Positions 9,302 to 18,532 of a stretch of DNA of 64,000 nucleotides are shown piece after piece (position 1 is the stretch's first letter; each line of letters opens with the position of its first letter). Below the pieces are notes generated by a model. The model was not told where the DNA came from, searched no databases, and was given only the letters and a program-made list of their open reading frames with translations. The stretch is from Candidatus Zambryskiibacteriota bacterium (GTDB lineage: Bacteria > Patescibacteriota > Minisyncoccia > Phycocordibacterales > WO2-35-19): NCBI GenBank assembly GCA_048499675.1, contig JASNZL010000009.1:303-64302 (forward strand), in the 5' to 3' direction. Position numbers and translations under genes: made by a program.

Positions 9302-9344
9302 AATTTTCGTAACCTTTCGTATCTTTTCGCACGATTTTCGTATC
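9302..9344 (-). repeat. Right inverted repeat of the GxxExxY cassette
   Basis: Minus strand reads gatacgaaaatcgtgcgaaaagatacgaaaggttacgaaaatt. Confidence 0.7.
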
Positions 9345-9349
9345 CCGTT

Positions 9350-10627
9350 TTACCTACCAAGTATCGAATCGAGCGTATTTCTCTTGACCACAATCCGCGC
9401 CGGTATATAACCAGCAATAATAGTAGCAAGCATTAACAGAAATACTCTTGTAAATGTCGCCCCTAATTCTGCCACTAATATACCGTCACTAAACGGAAAC
9501 TTTATTGGATTTGCATCAAAATACGGAACAAGAAGTCCGTATAGGAGTAAAAGTCCTACCCCTATACCAACTGTTGCATAAAATAATGATTGAAAAACAT
9601 AAGCAATTTCAATGGCTTGCGAACTTATACCTATACCTTTAAGAATTCCTATAAATTTTTTCCTTGTAATTGCATTTACAAATATAACAATAAATATGGT
9701 AATTGATGCAACCACGAGACCAATAGAACCGACCACATTACCAAGTAGTGCAAAAGTATTTTTAATATCAATTACGAATTTTGGTAAAGCATCTTCTTCT
9801 GTTTGAACTCTGGCTGTTTCTCCAATTCCAGTTTTTAGTAATGAATCTCTTACAAAGACAGGGTCAACCCCAGCATTCAATCTAACTGCCATTTCTGAAA
9901 TATTGTAGTCAGTTATACCTGCCATGTTTCGGAGCATTGAATCAAGCATATAAGCTCTAAAATCAACTTCATCAGCCTTGGTTTGAATTATACCTTTTAC
10001 TGTAAATTCTCTCGTATTTTGTCCGATTGTTATCCTAACTCTTGTTCCAGGTTCTACATTTTCCAAAAATGAAAAACTTGCTGATTCTATCGGTACATAT
10101 TTTTTTAACATACTTGATCCAAGTAAAACATATTCGGTATCGTCTGGATTTAGAAATTCTCCTTCCACAACTTTTGAAGCCAAGTTTGAAGTTTGGTTTT
10201 CAAGTACCGGATTTATCCCAGCTATTGCTCCAGCTACACTGTTTGGTGAATCTGTTAATCTAACTCTCTCTTTGTATCCGGCTTCTACAATTCCAGATTG
10301 TAAATATCTTGGTGAATATGCTCTAACCCACTGCATATTTTTGACTGTTTCTATTATTGTAGGACTATTTTCAATAAAATTCTTTTTTGGAAGTCGTGAT
10401 ATAAAAATCTCTCCAGTTGAATGTTCTCTATAAACTCTAATTGAACCCTCTATAAGACCAACGAGAACTCCTCTCACCACCACAAGATTGAGAAAAGTGA
10501 GCGTCATCACAAATATAATGAGAAACGTAGTTGCTTTACTTGATCTTTTGATTTGGCGAAATGCCAAAAAAAACCCCACCTTAAGTGAAATCAAAAAACG
10601 CTCAAATTTTCTTTTCTGTCGCTCCAT
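9350..10627 (-). CDS. ABC transporter permease (FtsX/MacB/LolE family)
   Basis: TM, large extracytoplasmic domain, then three TMs; RKKFIGILKGIG; AGYIPAR. ATG at 10627 preferred over track start 10645. Confidence 0.85.
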   Translation of the reverse strand: MERQKRKFERFLISLKVGFFLAFRQIKRSSKATTFLIIFVMTLTFLNLVVVRGVLVGLIEGSIRVYREHSTGEIFISRLPKKNFIENSPTIIETVKNMQWVRAYSPRYLQSGIVEAGYKERVRLTDSPNSVAGAIAGINPVLENQTSNLASKVVEGEFLNPDDTEYVLLGSSMLKKYVPIESASFSFLENVEPGTRVRITIGQNTREFTVKGIIQTKADEVDFRAYMLDSMLRNMAGITDYNISEMAVRLNAGVDPVFVRDSLLKTGIGETARVQTEEDALPKFVIDIKNTFALLGNVVGSIGLVVASITIFIVIFVNAITRKKFIGILKGIGISSQAIEIAYVFQSLFYATVGIGVGLLLLYGLLVPYFDANPIKFPFSDGILVAELGATFTRVFLLMLATIIAGYIPARIVVKRNTLDSILGR

Positions 10628-10672
10628 AGTTTTATTATAACACAAAAAATACCCACTAATTACTAATATTCA

Positions 10673-10750
10673 CCTGCCCGCAATGCTACCGCATAAGCGT
10701 TGCAGGCGGACCCGCCCGCCATTGCCACACTTCAGGCATTGGCAGGCGGG
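10673..10750 (+). repeat. REP-like palindrome doublet (CCTGCCCGC...GCAGGCGGG family)
   Basis: Units of 38 and 40 bp followed by CGAA. Confidence 0.75.
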
Positions 10751-11056
10751 CGAATAAAAACGAAAGACACAAATAGAAAAAATGTAAAATTATAATTTAA
10801 AAATCTTACAAAATAAGAGTTGAATTAGGAAGAAATATATAAAAAATAAGAGGCGTAAGTTAGGATAAAAATTTTTAATTATCAAGAACCAAATTCCCTA
10901 AAATAAACCGACCTTATTCGTTTGAGTTAAAAAGCACTTAAATATAAGTGAATTAATGGTTGATTACTTAATTATAATTACAAACATAGATCAATCTATA
11001 GTTATGAAAGGAGGTTGATTTTTACTACAAAAAATATGGTGTTCGTGGGCGCTTTT

Positions 11057-12259
11057 TTATATATACCCTCTAGTTCCTTTATTTAACTTCGGATACGCAT
11101 TGTTATAAAGTTCATTCGCCATTTCTTTTGTTAGTGTTTTATCAGGATGTCTTAAAATTATTTTAACAAGGACATTATCCTGATCTTCAAGTGCACCAAG
11201 CTTTTCCCGTGCGATAGTAGACAGCTTCTCAAAAGGAGTTCTTTCTAAAATTTCGACTTGCTCTAATAATTCACTCTCATTACCAAAAGCATCTTTAATA
11301 GCTTCGCAAATGTCCTCCTCTGTATCATCTTTATTTATGCAGTAGGACATATCTCTGGTAATGGCCGGCTGATCAGACACAGGCTTAAACTCTTTCATAT
11401 CAAACATCTGCTTAAGAATTCTTGGATCAGTTGAACGAATAAGTCTTATATCTGGAAGATTTTTCCTTGCCATTATTAGTCTTTCTACTCCCATTCCTAA
11501 AGCCAATCCGGAATACTCATCGGGGTTAATACCCGCGTTTCTTAATATACCTGGATTAATTAATCCAGCCTCAAAAACTTCTATTTCTTTTCCATTTACT
11601 CTCGCATACACCTCAATACCATTGATGGTATAAGGATGCATAGCTTCATAAACAATCATTTCAGCATCCGGACAAGCTGCTTCAAAAACAGCTTTAGCAA
11701 GTTGGAGTAGATTTTCTCTGTTAACATTTCCATATTTTTTGTTGTTTTGTAGAGTCCAAATGTCTATTTGATGAAAAACATCTAAATGTCTAGGGTCGAT
11801 AACGTCTCTTCTATAAACCAAACCGGGGAATACAAAAGTTGAGCGGTCAACATCCCTTTCTAATTTTCTGAAAGTTGAAGGCACTAACGCTGATGTGTGC
11901 GTTCTCAGAACATGATTTTCATCAGAATATCGAGTATAAGTAGAAGACCTGCCCGGATTTCCCGATGAAAATAATAGATTATCAAAATTATCCCTTGCAT
12001 CAACTACAGGATTACCCCTTATAATGCGAATGTCTGAAAAATTATACTCACTTAACTTGTTTACAACATTATCATATATCCTCCCAACAATATTTCTTTC
12101 TTGTTCATCTTGATTTGGTGTAGGCAGAGTTAAATCATTAACCGATAATAGTTTATTAATAATCTCTGTGGATGAAACCTCAAATCTCAACCGCATAAGT
12201 AAATCTGGGTTCTCTTTCGGCACTTCTATACTTGCTTTTTTTATAGCTGATTCTTTCAT
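11057..12259 (-). CDS. Single-chain PheRS-alpha paralog with C-terminal FDX-ACB domain (mitochondrial-type architecture; resembles the 'PheS-related mystery ligase SrmL' family)
   Basis: DNFDNLL, VLRTHTSA, motif 2 YRRDVIDPRHLDVFHQ, motif 3 GLALGMGVERL, PAITRDMS...DKTLT anticodon-binding domain; HPYT replaces PheRS FPFT. Confidence 0.75.
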   Translation of the reverse strand: MKESAIKKASIEVPKENPDLLMRLRFEVSSTEIINKLLSVNDLTLPTPNQDEQERNIVGRIYDNVVNKLSEYNFSDIRIIRGNPVVDARDNFDNLLFSSGNPGRSSTYTRYSDENHVLRTHTSALVPSTFRKLERDVDRSTFVFPGLVYRRDVIDPRHLDVFHQIDIWTLQNNKKYGNVNRENLLQLAKAVFEAACPDAEMIVYEAMHPYTINGIEVYARVNGKEIEVFEAGLINPGILRNAGINPDEYSGLALGMGVERLIMARKNLPDIRLIRSTDPRILKQMFDMKEFKPVSDQPAITRDMSYCINKDDTEEDICEAIKDAFGNESELLEQVEILERTPFEKLSTIAREKLGALEDQDNVLVKIILRHPDKTLTKEMANELYNNAYPKLNKGTRGYI

Positions 12260-12260
12260 A

Positions 12261-13433
12261 TTAAAAATATTTATTTAAGAACTCTTTAACCTCTTTAAGT
12301 TTGACAGGGTCTGCATATTGACTCGGGAATATATTATAGTTGCTTTCTTCAAAAAGTTCCGGCCACTTATCCACAAATATCTTGCGTACCCCCTCCATTA
12401 AAGAAAGGCCAAGGTTTGGGTAAACATCTTCCACACTATGAGCTAGATAATAAATGATGTTGCGCTGGTACGTACTTTGTTCGTCTTGGCGTTCTTGGTA
12501 ATTAGACAGGCTGTATTTAGGGTAACAAGCATCCAAAATAATTTTTGGTATATCCCACAAAGGCATTAGGAGTCTTGTTGAACCAAATTTCCGTACTGGG
12601 AATTCAAGAGGTTTTTGTCCATTCATAATCGAAAACAATAAATCTGAAAGTAAATCTTCACGATTAAAGCCCAGTATATATTCATTGGCATTGTATTTCT
12701 TACAAAGTTTTCGCGCGACAATAGAGATAAGATAAGTACCAAAAAAGTGACTTGTATTACTACCAAACTTTTCACAATACTCATTATAGAAATCACTTAG
12801 AGATTTTTTCATCTTTAACAGCTCCTCTATTTCCTTATTATTATAGACATAATGTGTCAAATTATGATCGGCACAAAGTTTAGAAGCTCGTTCTGCTGCA
12901 GATGCAGGCCATATTGGCTCAAAGACGATAGTAAAAAAAATAAATTGTTTACCAATTAAGGTTTTGAGCCCTTGTGCAAGAGTATTACTATCTCCTCCAC
13001 CAGAAATACCTACAATCAAAGTTCTGCTTTGACTATTTTTTTTAATAAAATCAGTAATTTTTTCTTTTACTAAATTCTTTGCAGAATCAGGATTTAGCTC
13101 ATGAATTATTTCTCTACAGCCCTCATTTCCAAAATTAAATTCAGGAACAACTATCACCGGGTTATCGACCTTGCTATACGTGGTACTCTGTGGAAGCACA
13201 TCACGCAAGTCGGTATTCCTAATACAATGTAAAAAAATTTTTTCTTCTGGAGGAATAGCGAAAATAAAAGTATTAAGTGGAATTGGACATGTTTCCTCTT
13301 TTGTTTTTATATAACCTTGAAAAAGGTTTGGAGGAATTCGTTTTGTTCGGAGAACATCCTCTAGAGTGAGGGAATCGTCCATTTCTACCACTATCTCTTC
13401 AGAAGCGGTTTTTATAATGATACTTCTTAACAT
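12261..13433 (-). CDS. PP-loop ATP pyrophosphatase (TilS/TtcA-like fold) with an N-terminal extension
   Basis: LIVGISGGGDS, LGFNRED (cf. GHNxDD), LLMPL (cf. IRPL); no CxxC motifs. Confidence 0.75.
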   Translation of the reverse strand: MLRSIIIKTASEEIVVEMDDSLTLEDVLRTKRIPPNLFQGYIKTKEETCPIPLNTFIFAIPPEEKIFLHCIRNTDLRDVLPQSTTYSKVDNPVIVVPEFNFGNEGCREIIHELNPDSAKNLVKEKITDFIKKNSQSRTLIVGISGGGDSNTLAQGLKTLIGKQFIFFTIVFEPIWPASAAERASKLCADHNLTHYVYNNKEIEELLKMKKSLSDFYNEYCEKFGSNTSHFFGTYLISIVARKLCKKYNANEYILGFNREDLLSDLLFSIMNGQKPLEFPVRKFGSTRLLMPLWDIPKIILDACYPKYSLSNYQERQDEQSTYQRNIIYYLAHSVEDVYPNLGLSLMEGVRKIFVDKWPELFEESNYNIFPSQYADPVKLKEVKEFLNKYF

Positions 13434-13453
13434 ATACTAACAAGTGCAAAATA

Positions 13454-13624
13454 CTAATTGAACGCCGCAAGGGATGATGTACACATTATATGTTCTATCT
13501 TAGTATCGGTTAAACTACATAATCCTTTGTCAGCTAAGGAAATAAAAAGGTTCTTATCGGTATTCTCAGAAATGATCCCAATCTTACGAATTTCTTTTTT
13601 AGCTAATGTAGAAGAGTTTTTCAT
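13454..13624 (-). CDS. 56-aa peptide MKNSSTLAKKEIRKIGIISENTDKNLFISLADKGLCSLTDTKIEHIMCTSSLAAFN (not in ORF track); candidate precursor or substrate peptide
   Basis: Hand-translated from ATG 13624 to TAG 13454; ends 20 nt before the PP-loop start on the same strand. Confidence 0.55.
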   Translation of the reverse strand: MKNSSTLAKKEIRKIGIISENTDKNLFISLADKGLCSLTDTKIEHIMCTSSLAAFN

Positions 13625-13893
13625 ATTATATATTATTAAGTTTATTAATAAAAACTAGATGAAATCGCATTTATGCACGAAACGCGAATACACATATTTA
13701 TAATACACGGAGTTATAATATTGTCAATTTTTTGTATAACCACACCCATTTTTACACTCGACTCGTAGTTTAGAAACAAATAACTGGAACAGGAAAGAAC
13801 CTTTAGTGAGGTTAGTTTTTTGAAAGAATAGTGGAATCGTTTGATATTGTAGAACAAAAAATAATTTACCATCTTTCTTATTAGCATGATTCG

Positions 13894-13972
13894 CCCGCCT
13901 GCAACGCCTGGAGCGTAGCACTGGCGGGCAGGCCCGCCTGCCAGCGCCTGAAGCGTAGCACTGGCGGGCAGG
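13894..13972 (-). repeat. REP-like palindrome doublet
   Basis: Two cctgcccgcc...gcaggcggg units on the minus strand followed by CGAA. Confidence 0.75.
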
Positions 13973-14037
13973 CCCGCATTAGCGGATTGGTGAGTAACTT
14001 TACAAACTTTCTAACTTGCGCCTTTCTAACTTTCTTA

Positions 14038-14541
14038 CTATTTAAGTCCTTTACAATTGCTCGCTGGTGTATAACCTTTTGCTCTCGCCTCCTCTATAGA
14101 ATTAAAAGTAATCAAATTTTTCTCTGCAATTTGTTTTGCTCCAGCACACCATGGATAATGATACTTAGTTCCATTTTTTGAACCAACAACAATTTCAGAT
14201 GGATTTTGATTCGAATTTTCTATATTAACAACAGAGATAACCGCTGAAGCCCCATCTTTTGCCCTTTCTGTATTTATTTTCTGTTGCCCATCTAAATTTT
14301 GCAGATTTTGTACATTTCCATTTATTACCTTCACTGGAACTTTTTTATCCTCCAGACCAGAAATTCTACCGAGCGAAAAGGAAGAGATAGCAACCAAAAT
14401 GACACAAGCGACAACAAAACTCCTACTATCCAAAAAATTTTCCAACCTTTCTTTTGGTGTAAGTTTTAGATTTTCATCAAAATATAGAGAGTCCACATAC
14501 TCTTCAGTTACGTCTAAATTGTCCTTTTTAATATCACTCAT
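14038..14541 (-). CDS. Membrane protein with C-terminal Ada metal-binding-like domain
   Basis: GSKNGTKYHYPWC...FNSIEEARAKGYTPASNC; one TM. Confidence 0.75.
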   Translation of the reverse strand: MSDIKKDNLDVTEEYVDSLYFDENLKLTPKERLENFLDSRSFVVACVILVAISSFSLGRISGLEDKKVPVKVINGNVQNLQNLDGQQKINTERAKDGASAVISVVNIENSNQNPSEIVVGSKNGTKYHYPWCAGAKQIAEKNLITFNSIEEARAKGYTPASNCKGLK

Positions 14542-14879
14542 ATATAAAAGTAATAACTATATTCTACATTGATTTTTTACGATTTGCATTTTATCTAACT
14601 TTGTATAACCCTAACTCTCTACATCTAAAACCTCTCACCTCCAAGCTCCAACCTTCTTTCTTCCCATTTAGAATAATTAGGTTAATTAGTATAATTCTAT
14701 TATCTTCCCTCCCACCTCTGCCCCCAATCCTTTAAATCATATGTCTTATTTCTTACTTCTTATCTCTTTCGAGCTTGCATTATCCCCCAAACTATATTAT
14801 ACTTTTTTCAAGTCAATACTTTTTGACTTTTTCGTTTTTACTTTATAAACTTTACACTTTATAACTTTTAACTAATTTT

Positions 14880-15152
14880 ATGGCACATAAAAAAGCCGCA
14901 GGAACAACAAAAAATGGTAGAGATTCCAATCCAAAATATCTCGGTATCAAACTAACTGATGGAGCAGTATGTAAAGTTGGTTCTATTATAGTACGACAAA
15001 GAGGCTCAAAAATACTTCCCGGAAACGGTGTTAAACTGGGCAAAGACTACACACTATTTGCTGTAAAAGACGGCAAAGTAAAAATGTCCTCAAAAAGAAA
15101 AGTTCACTTTGATGGCACAACAATAATCAAAAAGGTAGCGAGCGTAGTCTAA
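14880..15152 (+). CDS. rpmA: 50S ribosomal protein L27
   Basis: [22 protein letters not shown]; IIVRQRG. Confidence 0.97.
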   Translation: MAHKKAAGTTKNGRDSNPKYLGIKLTDGAVCKVGSIIVRQRGSKILPGNGVKLGKDYTLFAVKDGKVKMSSKRKVHFDGTTIIKKVASVV

Positions 15153-15173
15153 AAAATACTTCTAAAAGTTATC

Positions 15174-15207
15174 ACAAGAAAATCTGGAACTCTCCAGATT
15201 TTCTTGT
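15174..15207. terminator. Inverted repeat after rpmA
   Basis: acaagaaaatctgga / tccagattttcttgt. Confidence 0.6.
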
Positions 15208-15219
15208 ATAATTTTATTA

Positions 15220-15768
15220 ATGACAGGAACAAGAATAGCATCGACCAAAGGCTTTACTCTTATAGAATTATTAGTTGTGATTGCTATTATTGGAGTTTTA
15301 TCTGGGATAGTTTTTTCTGGAATAAACAACGCCAGAGCCAAAGCTAGAGATACGCAGAGAATTGCAGAAATAAGATCAATAATGAACGCATTGGAATTGT
15401 ATCGTAGTACTAATGGCTCGTATTTGGTATCTGGTAACTGTGGCGCAACAGTACCAAACAGTGCTTGGTGTAACAGTGTTCAATCATTAAGTAATGATCA
15501 TTGGATAAGAAACGGAACAACAAACTTATCACAATTCATAAGCAAAGATCCGATTGATCCCCAGCAGGGCTCCACTGCGGTTTTTGGAGGTGCTACATAT
15601 TCTTATTACTCACCTTCTGGAGGCGCATGGTATATGATAGTGTATAGACTTGAGAATCCAAATAAAAAACTGGAAGATATTGACGGTATAAAAAGTTGTA
15701 CAGGCACAACATACCACTACGGAAACGGAACAAACGGTATTCTAACTGTCGGAACGAGTTGTATTTAA
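15220..15768 (+). CDS. Type IV pilin / pseudopilin
   Basis: KGFTLIELLVVIAIIGVL prepilin cleavage/N-methylation motif; ARAKARD. Confidence 0.9.
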   Translation: MTGTRIASTKGFTLIELLVVIAIIGVLSGIVFSGINNARAKARDTQRIAEIRSIMNALELYRSTNGSYLVSGNCGATVPNSAWCNSVQSLSNDHWIRNGTTNLSQFISKDPIDPQQGSTAVFGGATYSYYSPSGGAWYMIVYRLENPNKKLEDIDGIKSCTGTTYHYGNGTNGILTVGTSCI

Positions 15769-16208
15769 GAAGCATTTACACTCAAAACAAACTCCGCTTT
15801 GTTATTTCCTACTACAACAGGAATCTTGTGTTCCCCTATTTCCTTTATCGGCACAGTAATATCCAAATAATCAGAATCCAAACTAATTCTTGCTTGCTCG
15901 TGCAAAGCTTTTACTATTTCATCATTATGAATTTTTTCAAACAAATGACCTTTTTCGTTGGCTTTTTTTGATATAGTAACCTTAACATCTTTTAGCATTT
16001 CAATTTGTTTCTTTGCTAAATTTTCTTTTATTTCCATCTCTGCAATATTTGTCTCTTGTTGTATTTTTGCATTTTTGATAGCTTCAGGACTTGCATATAC
16101 TGCTAGTTTTTTTGGTATCAAAAAATTGTTTGCGTATCCATCTGACACATCTTTTACATCATACTTTCTACCAACTCCTTTTATATCTTGTTTTAGAATT
16201 ACTTTCAT
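15765..16208 (-). CDS. rplI: 50S ribosomal protein L9
   Basis: MKVILKQDIKGVG...VSDGYANNFLIPK; start at 16208 preferred. Confidence 0.95.
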   Translation of the reverse strand: MKVILKQDIKGVGRKYDVKDVSDGYANNFLIPKKLAVYASPEAIKNAKIQQETNIAEMEIKENLAKKQIEMLKDVKVTISKKANEKGHLFEKIHNDEIVKALHEQARISLDSDYLDITVPIKEIGEHKIPVVVGNNKAEFVLSVNAS

Positions 16209-16262
16209 ATAATTTAGCGAAATCATGTCGCACAATACCACACTTTGAGGTGCAACCTAGAT

Positions 16263-17513
16263 TTAGTTAATAGTTAATAAATATTCAACTGCTTTTTTGA
16301 AAATCACATCACCATCTTTTTCCTCCCCCCTTTCAACTACAATATCAGGAGTGAGTCCCCCTTCAGATATAGAATTTCCAAGTGGAGTAAGCCAATGAGC
16401 CACGGTGACTTTTAGAGAAGTCTCCCCAGTAATAGACACGAGCTCTTGAACAGAACCCTTCCCAAAAGTTTGTCGGCCTATAATTATAGCTTTGTTATGC
16501 TCTCTTAGAGCACCCGCCAAAATCTCGGAAGCAGAAGCTGAACCTTCATTGACCAAAATTACCATCTTCAAATTATCATTAAATATATTGTATCCCTTGC
16601 TTCTATATTCTTTGTTATTTCTTTTGCCACCAAAATCTTCTACCACCACCACTTTACCGGTTGGCAAAAACCAACTAGCCATATCAAGTGAAGCTTCCAA
16701 AAAACCTCCGGGATTATTTCTCAAATCCAAAATCAATTTGCCCGAACCTGACTCGATAAATTCACGAAGAGCGCTCCTAAAAAGATTTGGCGAAGTAGCT
16801 GAGAAGTTATAAAGTTCAATTACAAATATCCCCTCTTCCGTCATTTTTGTATTAACAGTGGGAATCTCTATATTGGCTCTAACAATATCTTTAACAATTG
16901 GCTCAGGAATTTCTTTTCTGAGAAAAGTTATAGTTACTTTTGTGCCACTCTCTCCTCTTATAAGACCTATCGCTTCGTCTGTCGTCATATTAATAGCTGA
17001 CTTTCCATCAATTTCTACAATTTTGTCTCCCGCCAAAACTCCCGCCCTATATGCAGGTGTGTTTTTGAGCGGAGCAATTACGGTAAGTAAATCGTCGGCA
17101 ATACCTATTTCCATTCCAACTCCCCCAAAACTACCGCTGATTTCTTCTTCAAATGCTTTAGATTCAACAGGAGGAAAAAACACGGTGTAAGGATCATCAT
17201 ATGAACTTGCAAGCCCCGCAATGGCCCCCCATATTCTTTCTTGTCCTGAGATAGACTCGGATGTGGTAGATGCGGGTGTAAATTTTTCTTCCAAAATTTT
17301 CCACGCCTTCCAAAACGGAGCAAGGTCTACTACTTCTGACTCTATACCTTCTGTATTTACAAACTCAACAGAAGTGATTTTTGATTTTTCCCTACCACCC
17401 ACAAAAAATCCAGTCGCAAAAAGTGCGACGGACATCACGAAGGATAATATTATTTGTGTGTATCTTTCATTCATCATTTTCTGATATAATATATCATACT
17501 TAATACATATCAA
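16263..17513 (-). CDS. S41 family C-terminal processing protease with PDZ domain
   Basis: DPYT, GGVG, DLRNNPGG, SASASEI, TFGKGSVQ; true start may be a few codons downstream. Confidence 0.92.
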   Translation of the reverse strand: MICIKYDILYQKMMNERYTQIILSFVMSVALFATGFFVGGREKSKITSVEFVNTEGIESEVVDLAPFWKAWKILEEKFTPASTTSESISGQERIWGAIAGLASSYDDPYTVFFPPVESKAFEEEISGSFGGVGMEIGIADDLLTVIAPLKNTPAYRAGVLAGDKIVEIDGKSAINMTTDEAIGLIRGESGTKVTITFLRKEIPEPIVKDIVRANIEIPTVNTKMTEEGIFVIELYNFSATSPNLFRSALREFIESGSGKLILDLRNNPGGFLEASLDMASWFLPTGKVVVVEDFGGKRNNKEYRSKGYNIFNDNLKMVILVNEGSASASEILAGALREHNKAIIIGRQTFGKGSVQELVSITGETSLKVTVAHWLTPLGNSISEGGLTPDIVVERGEEKDGDVIFKKAVEYLLTIN

Positions 17514-17522
17514 AAAATAAAT

Positions 17523-18425
17523 ATGATAACAACATACTCACAAAACGAACAGACATGGACTGATATAAGCTCCCCAACAAAGGATGAGCTCGATTCCCTT
17601 ATTATGGCTCAAAATTTGGACCCTTTGATAGCAAAGGACCTAAATACCCCAACACCAAAGCAATACACCAAAAAATTTGATAATTCTGTTTATGTTGTTT
17701 TGCACATACCTTTTTTTAAACATTCAAACAGAGAAAGTCTAGAGCAGGAAATTGATTTCATAATTTCAAAAGATGGTCTTATCACCGCTAGATACGACAG
17801 CATTGATGCACTTCACCACTACTCAAAATATTTGGAGGCAAACGAGACATTTAACAAACCCAGCGATTCTCACATATTTGTGGGGCTAATGAAAGAAGTG
17901 TATAAGTTTTTGTTTGATGAAATAGAATATATGAAAGACTGGACCAAAGAGATAGAAAAAAGAATTTTTCAAGGCAAAGAAAAAGATATGGTTTTTTCTC
18001 TGTCAGAAGCATCAAGAAATATTTTAGTATTTCAAAGAAACATAAAACCTCATGGGGATGTTTTCAAAAAAATGATGGAATTTAGTAAAGATATTATATC
18101 CAAAGATTTTGAAAAGGATATGACTACCCTTATAGAAGAGTGGAATAGACTAATTATTGAAACTCAAAATACCAAAGATATGCTCGACGAACTAAAAGAA
18201 ACAAACAATGCCCTCTTGTCCACCAAACAAAATGAGATAATGAAAATTTTTACAATTCTTGCGTTTGTTACTTTCCCACTATCTCTAATTGCTTCAATTT
18301 TCGGAATGAACACCAATTATATACCTCTAGTTGGACTGCCAAATGACTTTTGGGTAGTTATTGGAATTATGACTATAATGAGTATTGCTATGTTTATCTA
18401 TTTCAAGTATAAAATATGGATATAG
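17523..18425 (+). CDS. CorA family Mg2+/divalent cation transporter
   Basis: NEIMKIFT...IFGMN signature and two C-terminal TMs. Confidence 0.9.
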   Translation: MITTYSQNEQTWTDISSPTKDELDSLIMAQNLDPLIAKDLNTPTPKQYTKKFDNSVYVVLHIPFFKHSNRESLEQEIDFIISKDGLITARYDSIDALHHYSKYLEANETFNKPSDSHIFVGLMKEVYKFLFDEIEYMKDWTKEIEKRIFQGKEKDMVFSLSEASRNILVFQRNIKPHGDVFKKMMEFSKDIISKDFEKDMTTLIEEWNRLIIETQNTKDMLDELKETNNALLSTKQNEIMKIFTILAFVTFPLSLIASIFGMNTNYIPLVGLPNDFWVVIGIMTIMSIAMFIYFKYKIWI

Positions 18426-18532
18426 GAGAGTTAAAAGTTAAAAGTTTTAAAGTTCATCAAGTAAAAAAGAATTTGATATTGTTTAATTTTCACTTTTTAA
18501 CTTGCGCTTTTATAACTTTATAAACTAAGCTT

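Noticed and set aside
11057-12259. Canonical pheS
   Set aside because: No adjacent pheT, fused anticodon-binding domain and altered FPF loop; kept as a paralog, though a housekeeping role cannot be excluded from this window alone.
12261-13433. TtcA/TtuA or TilS ortholog
   Set aside because: Lacks the CxxC motifs of TtcA/TtuA and I see no TilS-type C-terminal domains; only the PP-loop core is supported.
13724-13921. Track ORFs 13645..13887, 13724..13921, 60781..61002, 60810..61019 and the N-terminal extension 20473..20565
   Set aside because: They begin in or run through REP palindromes or promoter DNA and are likely spurious, apart from the 16-codon end of 13645..13887 reported separately.
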